From Nymphaea colorata (Eukaryota): a stretch of DNA of 64,000 nucleotides. The translations under genes were made by a program, and so were the position numbers. The DNA is taken from NCBI RefSeq assembly GCF_008831285.2, contig NC_045138.2:37262001-37326000 (forward strand), given 5' to 3'. Positions within the stretch are counted from its first letter, which is position 1. Every line of letters begins with the position of its first letter. Under the pieces are notes generated by a model, which was given only the letters and a program-made list of their open reading frames with translations, was not told the origin of the DNA and did not search any database. This document shows positions 37,527 through 49,700 of the stretch, in pieces.

Positions 37527-39876
37527 ATGGAAGAGAAGATGAATGTCCAAGAGCAGGGGACTATGGAGCAGGCATCACAAGCCCACCTTCAGAACCTTTT
37601 CAACTCCTACATGAAATCCTACTCAGTCAAGGCCGCCCTCGAGCTCGGCATAGCAGACGTCATCCACAGCCATGGCCAGCCCCTCACCGCCCCTCAGTTG
37701 GCCGCCAAGATCCCCATCAGCTCCTCCGTCGACGTCTCGCGCCTCGATCGCCTGATGCGCTTGCTGGTGCACACCGGCGTGTTCGCCGAGGAGAAAAGTC
37801 TGGCCGGTGAAGAAGGGGAGGAAGTTTTGTATGGATTGACGCCAGTGTCTAAACTGATGCTAAGGGACAGCCCGGTTAGTATGTCGCCGCTTGTAATGCT
37901 GGGCGTCCATCCCTTGTTTGTCTCTGCGTGGGACAATTTGGCAGCTTGGTTCCGATCAACGGAGGGTTACCCTACAGCCTTTGAGGCGAAGCACGGGGAA
38001 CCATTGTGGATCAAGGCGAGCCACGATCCTGCGCTTAACAAGCTATTCAATGAGTCCATGTCTAGCCTTTCCAAACTGCTTATGGGTAGCATGGTTGAAA
38101 GGTGTGGCGAAGTGTTCAAGGGTGTGAGCTCGCTTGTGGATGTTGGGGGCGGGGATGGCACCGTGGCTGGGCTCATAGCCGATGCCTTCCCGCACATCAA
38201 GTGCATGCTGTTGGACTTACCTCACGTTGTCGCTTCATCATCACTGCAAATACCTAACGTTGTCGCCATTGGAGGTGATATGTTCGAGTCTGTACCACCA
38301 GCTGATGCAGTCCTTCTCAAGGTAATATAGATTTATTTGCACACCAGTTCACTTGTTGAATCTTTTTGAAGGCCAACCCCAAATACTGATCTTCAGGCGT
38401 CCTTCAACGTATTTATCTCAGTCGAGGTGTTCGATAATCTTGAACTCACGATTTGAGAAGGTCACCCAGCTAGTTGATCGCATATGTGTTGTGCATTCAA
38501 ACTACTTGCCCCCAATAATAATAGTTCTTTTTAAGAATTAATGGTGGTCATAACTTCCTTAAGTTTGATTTAGACATCTGAAGAAATGCAGTCCTCCTCA
38601 AGGTAATATGGATCAGCACACCAGTTCACTTGTTGAATCCTTCTGAAGGCCAAACCCCAAATACTGAGCTTCAGGCGTCCTTCAACTTGTTTATCTCAGT
38701 ATGCCCACGAGGTGTTCGATAATCTAGAACTCACGATTTGAGAAGGTCACCTAGCTAGTTGATCGCATGTGTGTTGTGCATTAAAACTACTTAGTCCCAA
38801 TAATAATTGTTCATTTAAGAATTAATGGTGGTCATAATTTCCTTGAGTTTGATTTAGACATCTGAAATTTGAAGATTTTTTCTCTGCGACACTTTCCAAG
38901 GCTCTTCAGCAGTTGGATGTCAAAGAAATGCTCAAAAGTTGCTCCATCTCCGAAATTTCGAAATAATCTGAAATCACTTTATTTCGAAGCTCCATAAATT
39001 GAATTGGATTGTTTGTTTTTTTTTTTTTCAAACATATATGTTTGGCCCATCCAAGCTCGTCCTTGAAATAAGAAAACAAAATTTTAGCCACACACAGAGA
39101 TGCAGAGGGTGAGGGAGGATTCCAATCTGTAGGAAATGGCAGACATTAAGTATGTTGTTTGGTAGCTACCAGTGACAGGAAGCGTTGTTTAAGTAGAAGC
39201 TTGCTCAAAAGTTACTCCATCTCCACAATAATCTAAAATTACTTTATTTCGAAGCTCCATAAAATTGAATTGGATATGATCAAATTTCTATGATTTTTTT
39301 CAACATATATGTTTGGCCCATCCAAGTTCGTCCCTGAAATAAGAATAAAAAAAATTTAGCCACACACACGGATGGAGAGGGAGAGGGAGTATTCCAATCT
39401 GTAGGAAATGGCAGACATTGAGTATGTTGCTTGGTAGCTACCAGTGACAGGAAGCATTGTTTAAGTAGAAGTTTGCTTGCCGAGGCGCAACAGAAGATAG
39501 GAAAACCTTTTTACAGAAGAAAAGAATGCACCCTTCATTTTGATTGTCTGAGTATGATGTCCCTATTATTTTCTGTTTGAAGGCTATTATGCATAATTGG
39601 GATGACGACAATTGCGTGAGGATATTGACACGGTGCAAGGAGGCGATCCCAAATCCAGGAGGAAAGGTCCTCATTGTGGACATAGTAAGCAAGAAATGGG
39701 CTGATCAAGTGTTTAATGAAATGCAACTGATCCATGATCTCATTATGATGGTATTCTTCGAGGGCAAGGAGCGCAATGAAGAGGACTGGAAGAAGCTGAT
39801 TATTGATGCTAGCTTCTCCAGCTACAAAATAGTGACCACCGTGGGCGTGTACTCTCTAATAGAGATCTTCCCTTAA
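37527..39876 (+). CDS. O-methyltransferase paralog 5 (recent duplicate of paralog 4); exons 37527-38321, 39583-39876; 362 aa
   Basis: VDVGGGDG, DLPHV, GDMFESVP, K|AIMHNWDD, GKER; 1261-bp intron; 23222-25655 aligns with 37273-40354. Confidence 0.95.
38306..39478. repeat. Two successive tandem duplications (~280 bp and ~273 bp) inside the OMT paralog 5 intron
   Basis: atgcagtcct.ctcaaggtaatat at 38306 and 38586; gctcaaaagtt.ctccatctcc at 38930 and 39203. Confidence 0.9.
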
Positions 39877-40501
39877 TTGGGAGTTCAGATCAGCTCACTG
39901 TGTTGTTGTTTGTGTTGTAGCTTGTTAATTTGGAACACCTCAATGGCCTCATTTCCAGGCCCAATAGCTTTAGCCTTTGGCTTGGAACAAACATTGAATA
40001 ATTTCAATCGACTTGGTAAACCCACCAAGACATTAATAATACTTTGCTTTTCATTTGTTCTACCTTGCTGTAGTGGCCACACTTCACTTACCCGGTGGCT
40101 TCCCTTATCCTCTTGCTTGCCCATCTTACACAATTTCATTTGGTGGATTAAAAGCAGAAACTGGTGACTCGATGTTTGACATCACATTGCTTTTCTTCTT
40201 GAATAAGACGGGACTAAGTATTTGCCACAATGGGTGTGAGTTCCACAAGCAATACAATATTTGGGTTCTAACATGCATGGTTATAACAATCATGTAAGCC
40301 CAATAAAAATTTGCACTATTTAATTTTGTTGTTGGAGCTCAAATTCAGCTTTAATGAACTTGGTGGCGACGTGAGGTGGGAATGCTAGCTCTTTCCATGA
40401 CCCTTTAACTTGTTACAGCAATAGAAGATATTGAATTTGTTTTAATTAGAATATTGAAGGGGCATAGGATTGAGTGTACCACTCCCTCAACTCTGCTTAA
40501 A

Positions 40502-41533
40502 CTTCTTCGGCAGCCACCTCCACCTAATGTAGTCGCCATTGGGGGTGACATGTTAAGAGTCATTGCCACCAGCCGGTCTAGTCCTTCTCAAGGTAACATG
40601 CACTTGCTCAGCAGCTAGTTCAGTTGTTGGAATCTTAATTTTGAAGGTGAATTCCAAGTACTGAGTTTCAGACTGACTTAAACTCCGGGCTTTCAAGCCA
40701 AATCTGCTGACGGAACGCATAAACACTTTTTTCGTTTTAAGTATTTTGTTAAATTTTATTTTCAAATGAGCAGGAGTAGTATTTTATCATATCTCTCAGT
40801 TGAGATTCAAAGCTCCTACCCTTCCTCCATCTCTTAAGATACTAAGTTTGCTTTTTCAGAGTGGTGCTTTTTTTACAGCACAACAAATTGACATCGCGAG
40901 AGCTTGAAACGATGACTGACCACCTACTAATTGGTCAGTTAAGCTAAACCCCTTGGGAATCCTTTTTTATTTAATTTTATTTGATTTTGTGCATTTTATT
41001 TGGTTTGAGAATATCATCTAGTTGATAGGATATTACGCATTGAAAACTGTATGCTCCAATTAACAATAATTTAATATAAAGATGAGTTTTTCAAAAGACT
41101 TTAAGACCAGTTGTCTTCATTTCCTTACTTAAATTTCGATTTGGAAAGCGGAAGTCGGAAATTGTTTAACAGATGACTGTTGTACTCTTTGTTAAAGTGT
41201 GATTTTTTTTGTTTTTTTTTTTTTTTTTGTATAATTCTGTTTCAACTGTTACTTGTTTGAAGAGATTATGCATAAATGGGATGACATGGTGCGTAAAGAT
41301 ACCGAGACGGAGCAAGGAGGCCATATATCCCAAAACCTGGAGGCTGGACATAATGAGCAAGAAAAGGATTGATCAAGCGTTCTGTGAAATGCAACTGATC
41401 CTTGATCACATTATGATGGTATTCTTCAGCGGAAAGGAACACAATGAATAGGAATGGAAGAAGTTGTTTATGAATGCTGGCTTCTCCGGCTGTAAAATAC
41501 ATACCAACACGGGCGTCCACTCTCTTATAGATC
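40502..41533 (+). pseudogene. Truncated O-methyltransferase pseudogene: last ~90 bp of exon 1 (to 40592), intron, decayed exon 2 (~41262-41533)
   Basis: PPPNVVAIGGDM then frameshift, ..VLLK|gtaa; exon 2 remnant IMHKWD..CKEAI-like, EMQLILDHIMMVFFSGKEHNE* (in-frame TAG 41449-41451); most of exon 1 absent. Confidence 0.9.
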
Positions 41534-42640
41534 AGGGGCAATCAAAGGCCTTATAAGAGAATCTATAAAGAAAGATTCAATTAATTATGGCGGTCATCTG
41601 TTATTACAAGCAATAGGAGGAAGAAATGCACTCTGAAAGAATAAAATACTGCTTTATAAAGGTGGCTGAGAATTCCACAACATACAAACATCCTATTCCT
41701 TCCCCTAAAAACAAACAAACAGATAGAAACAGAATTTCGGAACAGAAAACAGTAATCAAATTGAAGATTAGGTTGGCATCATACCAGAGAAAAGTATAAC
41801 CAATTGCTTTTAAAAACATCTAACTGAATGGATGCTTCACAAACAATTCAACGAATGAAATGAATCTAATCATGCAATTTAAGCAAGATGTTTTGCGTCC
41901 TCGGCTATCGGATTAAGGTCAGCACCTATCCTCTCACTGAAATGTTGGGAAATCACTCTGAGCCAAGAGACTTTGTCACTTGCCCACTTAAGGCAGGCCA
42001 TTCTCCCAGCCCCTCTCCTCCTAACTTGCCTCCACAAAGATTGAACGCTGCAAGGATTGGAACCAGCAATTGACTGCCTACTAGTTGTGCCATGCCCTCC
42101 ATCTTTCATAAAAAATTTCTGGCTCTGCTGATCCTCTTCACAGCTTGTCTATCATCTGTATATGGCGATCAATTCGCCAATCAAGTCAAACCAACAGAAC
42201 ATTTTCTCTTAATCAAATCACCATTTGTTTGTTGGATTAAACATCTAATATCGCGAGGGTTGCTACCATAATGACGATGATATATTAGCACCTAGATAAG
42301 GGCTCATGTTGCTGCGTCATTAGTAAGGCGAAGCATGTGATGATGTTGATCGTTGATCCTCTCTCTTCTCACGAGATGTTCAATTGGGGACAATAAAACA
42401 ACTTCAGGATTCTCAAAGCCAGGCCAGGACCTTCGGGCGTCTTTTCCATGCATTGGGTTGTTAGTGTTACTTTGAATCCCAAACAGTTCGACTCAATTAT
42501 TTGCCATTTCCATATTATGATTACAAGAGAAAACATAAAAACCATTTTCCTTTTGTGGAATTCGTCTGCAGCCATACTTTACTTTCAAGAACAAAGTACC
42601 ATTATAAAAGTATCTTACTTTTAAGATAACCAGCATAAAT

Positions 42641-42997
42641 TAAGGTTGGGCATCGGATTGAATACCCGTTACCCAGCAGCCCAACTCGGGCCTACGGTTA
42701 GGCTCAACAAAAAGGCATCGGGATAGCCTGGTAACTAGGGTGGGTCCGATTAAGGCCTGTTCTGATTGATAAGATTTTTTTAATATATATTTTATTATTT
42801 TTTATATATAGTTATAATATTTTATTATGATTAATTATATTTATATATCATTTTAAATTAGAATATATATATTTTAATTTAATCAGGCCGAGCTTGAGCT
42901 CGAATTTTAGATGTCAAGCCGAGCATGGGTTTTAGGTGTCTGGCCAACCCGAACTCGACTCCTCATCCTGTTGGGCCGGGCCTGATGCCTAGGCTTA
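42641..42997. mobile_element. hAT-type MITE
   Basis: TIRs TAAGGTTGGGCATCGG / CTGATGCCTAGGCTTA; flanks gcataaat / gcgtaaac; similar to 18916-19170. Confidence 0.7.
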
Positions 42998-44020
42998 GCG
43001 TAAACCAATTATTGTAGTCTTATTGCTTAGGCTTTGCATAAACCAATTATTGTAGTTGGTAGAAGCCTGTCCGCGAACGGAGACACATTATTTATTCATT
43101 TTCAAATTAGTTCATGTAAATTAATTTTACATTAGTGCCCCTCCACCACAAATTTCTCACTCTGCTGCTATAGCTTGCAGCAAGGCGTGGGTTGTAAAGG
43201 GTATTGAAATGATTACTTGGGACCAAATTGCAACAGTCTTTTTTCTTTAGCGATGAAAGTAAGTTTCAACCCCTCAGCATTACAAGTGTAATGACAACAT
43301 CAAAAGAAATAACAAAATGACAAGATCTAAATCTGATTCATAGCCTTTAACTTGATACTTGTTACTTTGATTTCTCTTATCACCTGCTACACTATTTGCG
43401 ATATCATCAATTCAACCACTTACTTGCGAAACGATTTTCCTATAATGCTGTAACATTCGCAACAAAGTGTCTAACTAGTTTGAAGGAGTTTAAATATAAA
43501 TGATTAAGGTAAGTAATGTTTATGATTGCAATTCAGTTTTTGGTTTATCGTCTCATTGAGATAGATAAATATATTTGAAGTCAACTTGGGATCAAATTTG
43601 ATAAAATGTTCAAAAGCGCCAAAAAACCAGATTGATCCCACTTGCAGTTTGTCGATGCTCACTCTTACCATTTTTATGGCTCATCTCTCAGAATGTGTTT
43701 TGGGTCTTTGGATTTTTCTCATTTTCTTTTGAAGATTTTACAAAAAACATGCAATGTTTTAGTGGGATAACAGACGCATGTTTAAATTTTGATTCTTCTT
43801 ATTTAAATGCCTATAGTATTTTATATAGGAAACAAGTAGTTGAATGAAAATAATTCAAACTCAGGTGTGTTTTTGTTATATTATAAATTGAAAAAAGTTT
43901 GTTTTCTTTCTTCCAAATTCATTTAATGTGTAGCAAAAGAGGCGTCCTTTCATGAACAACGTACAATTGTTAGAGGAACGACCAAAATGCCCTTGTTTTT
44001 AAAAAAGGAAAACTCTCCTC

Positions 44021-44457
44021 TCGGGATGTCAATTATAAATCTGGTTTAAAAGAGATATCCGACCGAACCGCATAAAAGAAATGTGATATGCAAAAAAATT
44101 GATATATGTAAGAACCCGGATCAGATTTTATAAAAGAAACGGCATCTGATTGGACTTAGATTCAGATTTAAGTAAATATTTACAGGATTCATGCTCTTAT
44201 TCATGTCAGATATAATTTAAAAAATATAATCCTATACTCAATATCTACAATATGGTTTGGATTGGGTTGGAAAATCAGATTTGGATTTAGATGTTAATAT
44301 AAAAATCAGACTCAGCATATGAATTCGGATTCCTGATTCAGATATGGTATAGATTTTTTTTTTTTCATCTGAATTTGAATATGAATATATAGATATCTCA
44401 GAAAATGTATATGATAAAGTCTGTATCTGATTTGAATATAATCAGTTGACATCCTCA
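44021..44457. mobile_element. hAT-type MITE with perfect 8-bp TSD
   Basis: TIRs TCGGGATGTCAA / TTGACATCCTCA; ctctcctc at 44013-44020 and 44458-44465. Confidence 0.85.
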
Positions 44458-45954
44458 CTCTCCTCCCAAAGCAAAAATAAATTGATTTTTTTATATAAAA
44501 TACCCAAAATACCCTCACACGGAACATGAGGGTGGTCATTTTGTACATCTTTTTGGTTAAAAAATATAAGTTATGTTTGATTACCTCTAGTTTATTTTGA
44601 TTTTAAATCTTCATGAATTGAGATCCATGAACTTAAATCTAATTTAAGATCCTTAATTCGACAAGTTTTGGGTTTTCACGTCGTTTTTTTTGCAATACAA
44701 CAGCCAATATCGTATTTGTAAACCCAAATTCAGAAGTAATCAAACTCGCTCCTGAAATTTTTTATGTTATCTTTGAGAAAGGAACAAATTTACACTTTTT
44801 CTAGAAGAACAAAAGCCATATGTTCTTCAAGATCCAATCCACTTGCAACCTTATCCTCTGCTTTATTTCTTCCGAAGCTTGCGCAAATTTTCTAGCTCTA
44901 TTATGAAGCCCACACAAGGTTTACTTTTCACAAGATAGACCTTTAAATGGTCCTCACAAGAAAACAAGGATTAATAAATGTGCATGCTGAATATGTTGAC
45001 GGTTGATAATTAAAGAAACTTGTGTATGTATAATATATATACACTCCAAAATATCATGTTATGAGAAAAATGTTATAAAAGTCTGTTTAAAAACTGCATC
45101 AATGCTTATTGGAAACACGCTTTAAAGTGTGCACTGATTAAATCGTACTTGGGATTTGCTAGATCCCAGCATCTCATATGACTTTGAATTCATAGCAATA
45201 TAATTTTGAATATCCCTTATGAAACTTCTCGTGAGTTGGTATGAGTAGCGGCCGACACCAGCCCACATGTATCTCCGCCATTGAGAGCTTTCCTTTGCCT
45301 ATCAAACTCTAAGATCCAAGGTGCTCTGGATCTTAAATTGGATCTTAAATCCACCTCGGATCTAAGATCCAAGGTAAACAAACGTGTCCAAAGAAAATTA
45401 TCGTATTTTTTGTGGCATACAAACAGACACCAAGCCTGATCACTGGTCTGCCAGTTTGGGGGTCACGTTCGAAACTTTTTCTACGTCACCTACGTGTTAC
45501 TAACCTTTTAATAAAATTAGCAAAAAGCATTCTAGATATCGAAAGCTCAAAAAGCAGGCATTTAGTTTTTTTTTTTTTTTTGGAAATTCACATAATTCTT
45601 TCCTCAAATACAAATGCCTTTAATGAATGAATTTATGAATGCCTGTGCAAATTAAAGGGTTCTAATGATTTTTGTAATTTGTAAAAGCAAGCATTTTTTT
45701 TTCAACTCCCTATTATATTATGTATGCATAATCTAGTGTCAAAAAGAAGAGGCAAATTTTAGGGTTTGATAGTTTCAAATCCCTTTTATGTAGGAAAATG
45801 AGAATTTGAAATTCACAATGTATGGCCAAAATATTGTGTTTGATGTCTAGATTGGGTTGGACTTCAAATCTTTGGATTTAAGATCGTCAGTCATTTCAGA
45901 TCACCTCTAATATGAGTGCCCATTAAGAATTCGAAAAAGTTGTATTTGAAGGCA

Positions 45955-45982
<28 letters not shown>
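45955..45982. repeat. (AT)n microsatellite
   Basis: Direct reading. Confidence 0.9.
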
Positions 45983-45986
<4 letters not shown>

Positions 45987-46754
45987 CTAATTTAACTACT
46001 ATTTGTATCGATTGAGGCCGATTTCGATGGGTTAGACGGTTGACACTGGAATCAATGCTCCAACTAATCACCAGAGAGGTCTTTTCATCTTTTTATAGTT
46101 TTTGATTTTCATTTTTGCTCTTATAGATGAGAGTTTTTTGGCTTACTATTAAGATGTTTTTTTTTTTTTATCATTCATAGCTGCTAACACAGTATCACAT
46201 TAAAAACTTAATAATACCTAATCTACTTTGAGACAACTCATGCATTGACCACACTATTTCATGTAACTTTACTGAAATAATTTTTCTCATAGCAGTGATA
46301 ATCCCCTTCCATGTACATCTTCAACTTTACATTATACACTAACATCTATGACTAACTATTTTATAAATATCTTAATTATCGGTCTGTTGTCGTATCATAG
46401 GTACGTGTCCTTGTGATGATTTCGTTCAAGGGACACGGACAACATTATGTGCAGCTAGTTTTCCAAACGGGTGGTTGCTATCCGCCGCACGAAACAAAAG
46501 TTGGCGCTTTTTTTGAAATAATTCAAATTTGAGCCCCCTTTTGAAATACTTTAAAATGTTAAGCTCGAATTTGGAAAGAAGAAATTCGAGATTCACCATC
46601 GATCTCCCCAGACCGCCTATTCATCACGTATTAAATCCAAATTTAAAACTCCAAAAAGGATTTTTGAAAGAAAAAAAAAAAAACTGGAAAAACCTACTTG
46701 AATAAGGAACCAACGGAACTCGGAGGAGGGCCACCGGATGTCTGTCTATTTCCG

Positions 46755-49700
46755 ATGGCGGTCGATTTCGGAGCGAGGAGAGAATCGCAGATGTCCGATC
46801 GATCGGCCGGCCGATCTTCCTTCGCCTCACCGTTTGCCGGCGAACTCAGAGGTAAACCGCCTTTCGCCGACTCGTTATCCGGCTCGAAAGCCACGGGTCC
46901 CTTCTCCCGGCCGCCGTCGAAGTTCGATCCTCTGAATGCGCGTTCGTCATTTCTAGGGCATCAGAGGAGCTCGGGCTCCTCTGAAAACCCTGGCGCTCAG
47001 GTTTTCATGGGGTACAGGACTCAGTCGGGGGCGGGCGAGAACTCTAGGGTACAGACGGTGGATAGCCCATTCCTGCCGTCGGTGAACCCGACGTTGTTTG
47101 GGAACTCGGCCGTGAAGAGCCAGAATCCATCGAGGCAGCGGGTTCTGAAGGTGAAGAGGCGATCGACGCCGCAGAAGGGGAAAGATTCGGCACCGGGTGA
47201 TTCTGGTGCTGGGGCTGATGGCGAGAAGATCGGTGGCGTGTCGGATGATCCATTTGGATCCAAAGAGTCGAGTGCTTCTGATTGTCCGGATTTGTGTTGG
47301 GATGGTTCGTCATCAAAATCTGGTGATCGCGCTGGTTGGGTTGGTTTAGATGGCTCTGGAATGGAGTTTGGCTTTGATTCTGGCACTTGGAACATTTCCA
47401 AGGGTAAGGGGACGTCGGAAATCGGTAATGTGGGCGATTCGAGAAGATGTGCTGGTTCGGCTAAACCAAATGATGCGAGATTCTTGGGTAGTATGAGTTT
47501 TGGCGACGTTGATGGTCGTAGGATCAATGGTGATTTCTTATTCGGCTGTTCAGGTGATTGTACAACTAGTAGTGGTTCGCGGGTGGATGGTTTGTTCAAT
47601 AAACGTGACAATGAGGATACGGGCGGTTCGTCATGCTACCCAGAGGTTTCTGAGCAGACGAAGGGTCTACCTGAGCGTGTTTCTGGTTGGAAACCGTTTT
47701 CTTCCAGTACCAGTTTGGAACAGAAGGAGCCTGCTTCTGCGAGTGGCTTGGGTTCTGAAGGGCCTGTCTTAGGGAAGGATAATAGCGAAGGGTTTAACTC
47801 GAAGTTTGGTCGATCTGGACTTTCTGGTGGGAGCGTATTCGTATTTGGTAGTCAAAAAGATCCGAAGCAGAGTTCAGTCAATTCTGGAGATGATAGCAGC
47901 AGCATGTCGTTCAAAATGGCAACTGAAATGAGGCATTTGAAGATTGATGACGTGGGCTCAACTGGTAGACACATGCATTCTGCAAATAATTTGAACCTTA
48001 AGGGGGAGAACAGCATTCCAGGAATTAGAGAATGGGTCGGCTCTGCTGATTCTAAGATTGACATTGGGTCAATGGCTGGCGAAGAACCAAGAAGCGAACG
48101 TTTTGCCTTTGGTGCGAACAGAGGTAACACATGGAGTTCCGATAAGAGCAATAGTTTAGCTAGAGGATTGAGCGAGGGCACAGAAAAGAAGCTGCCTGAT
48201 GAAATGAGAAAGTTGAAAATCGATGAGGCGCAAGAGGCTTGCTCTGGTGGGAGCGTATTCGTATTTGGTAGTCAAAAAGATCCGAAGCAGAGTTCAGTCA
48301 ACTCTGGAGATGATAGCAGCAGCATGTCGTTCAAAATGGCAACTGAAATGAGGCATTTGAAGATTGATGACGTGGGCTCAACTGGTAGGTACATGCATTC
48401 TGCAGATAATTTGAACCTTAAGGGGGAGAACAGCATTCCAGGAGTTAGAGAATGGGTCGGCTCTGCTGATTCTAAGATTGACATTGGTTCAATGGCTGGC
48501 GAAGAACCAAGAAGCGAACGTTTTGCCTTTGGTGCGAACAGAGGTAAAACATGGAGTTTCGATAAGAGCAATAGTTTAGCTGGAGGATTGAGCGAGGGCA
48601 CAGAAAAGAAGCTGCCTGATGAAATGAGAAAGTTGAAAATTGATGAGGCGCAAGAGGCTTGCTCTTCTGCTTCTTTTACATTTGGCTTTGGTACTAAAAC
48701 CGATGCCAGTGCTGGAGCATCCAGAAATCAATGCTTCGTATCTCGTAGTACCAGAGGTAGCGGTTCAGCTAGAGTGTCGAGTGAGAGCGCAAAGAATATA
48801 CTACCGAACGAAATGAGAAAGCTGAAAATTGAAGAAAAGCTAGAAGTTTACTCTTCTGATTACCGTGAGAATCAATCTACTGCAGCTAACATAGATCAGA
48901 ACATTACCATGGGAAGTGTCGGTAGGACGCCAGAAACTAATATTGCCTTTGAGGTTCGGGAACGTGCGGTGCCATCACCTGGAACTGGTTTGAGCTCCAC
49001 AAGCTTTGTATTTGGTAGCAATAAATTTGGCACTCAGTGCTTCCAGACAACACAAGAGGCTGGGCAAAGTGGTTCGACTGCTAGAACTGATTCTAGAACT
49101 ACTAGCTTCACATTTGGCCACAAGAATGCTAATGATTTCACCTGGGATGAAAAAGGAGTCCGCAGTTTCAGTGCAAGCTCAGCTTCTACTGTTCCCAGTG
49201 AGGCAGGAACTTCGAAGAATGGGAATGGATTGAGAGATTCTGCTCACAGCAAGCTAGGTTCAGGCAGTCTAGGGAGAGCAACTGTTTTTGGATTCAAGGC
49301 TGGTGAGGGGTACGGGAATGATGCCTCTGGGAAGAATGGTTCTGTTTCGGTGTCTGATAATACGGAAGCATCAATTTCATGTGGTCCTGATGGGAATCAT
49401 TCTGATGGATTCTCAAAGGAAAATTTTCCTGCTCCCAATGTGCCAAGGATGTTCAGCAGCAATGCACAGGAACATGCCGCTGGAAAAAGCACCAGTAGCA
49501 AAACCTCTTTTTCATTTACAGATAGTCTTTTTCGCGATAACAGTTTTCCCTTTAGATCTAGTGCTTCAGCTGGTCCATCTTCGGAAAGTTCAGCATCTAA
49601 CCTGCCTGAAGAAATGAGGAAGTTGAAATTAGGAGGCAGAACGCAGGACGTTGTTCATACGTATTCAGTTGGTACCTGTCCTCTGCCTTCTGACGGAGGG

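Noticed and set aside
18419..39582. OMT3 and OMT5 introns are nearly the same length (1260 vs 1261 bp)
   Set aside because: Different content (MITEs vs tandem duplications); coincidence
1..46000. Multi-enzyme biosynthetic gene cluster
   Set aside because: Only one enzyme family is intact here; the CesA, GCP4 and furry-like pieces are broken fragments, so this is a tandem array unless partners lie outside the window
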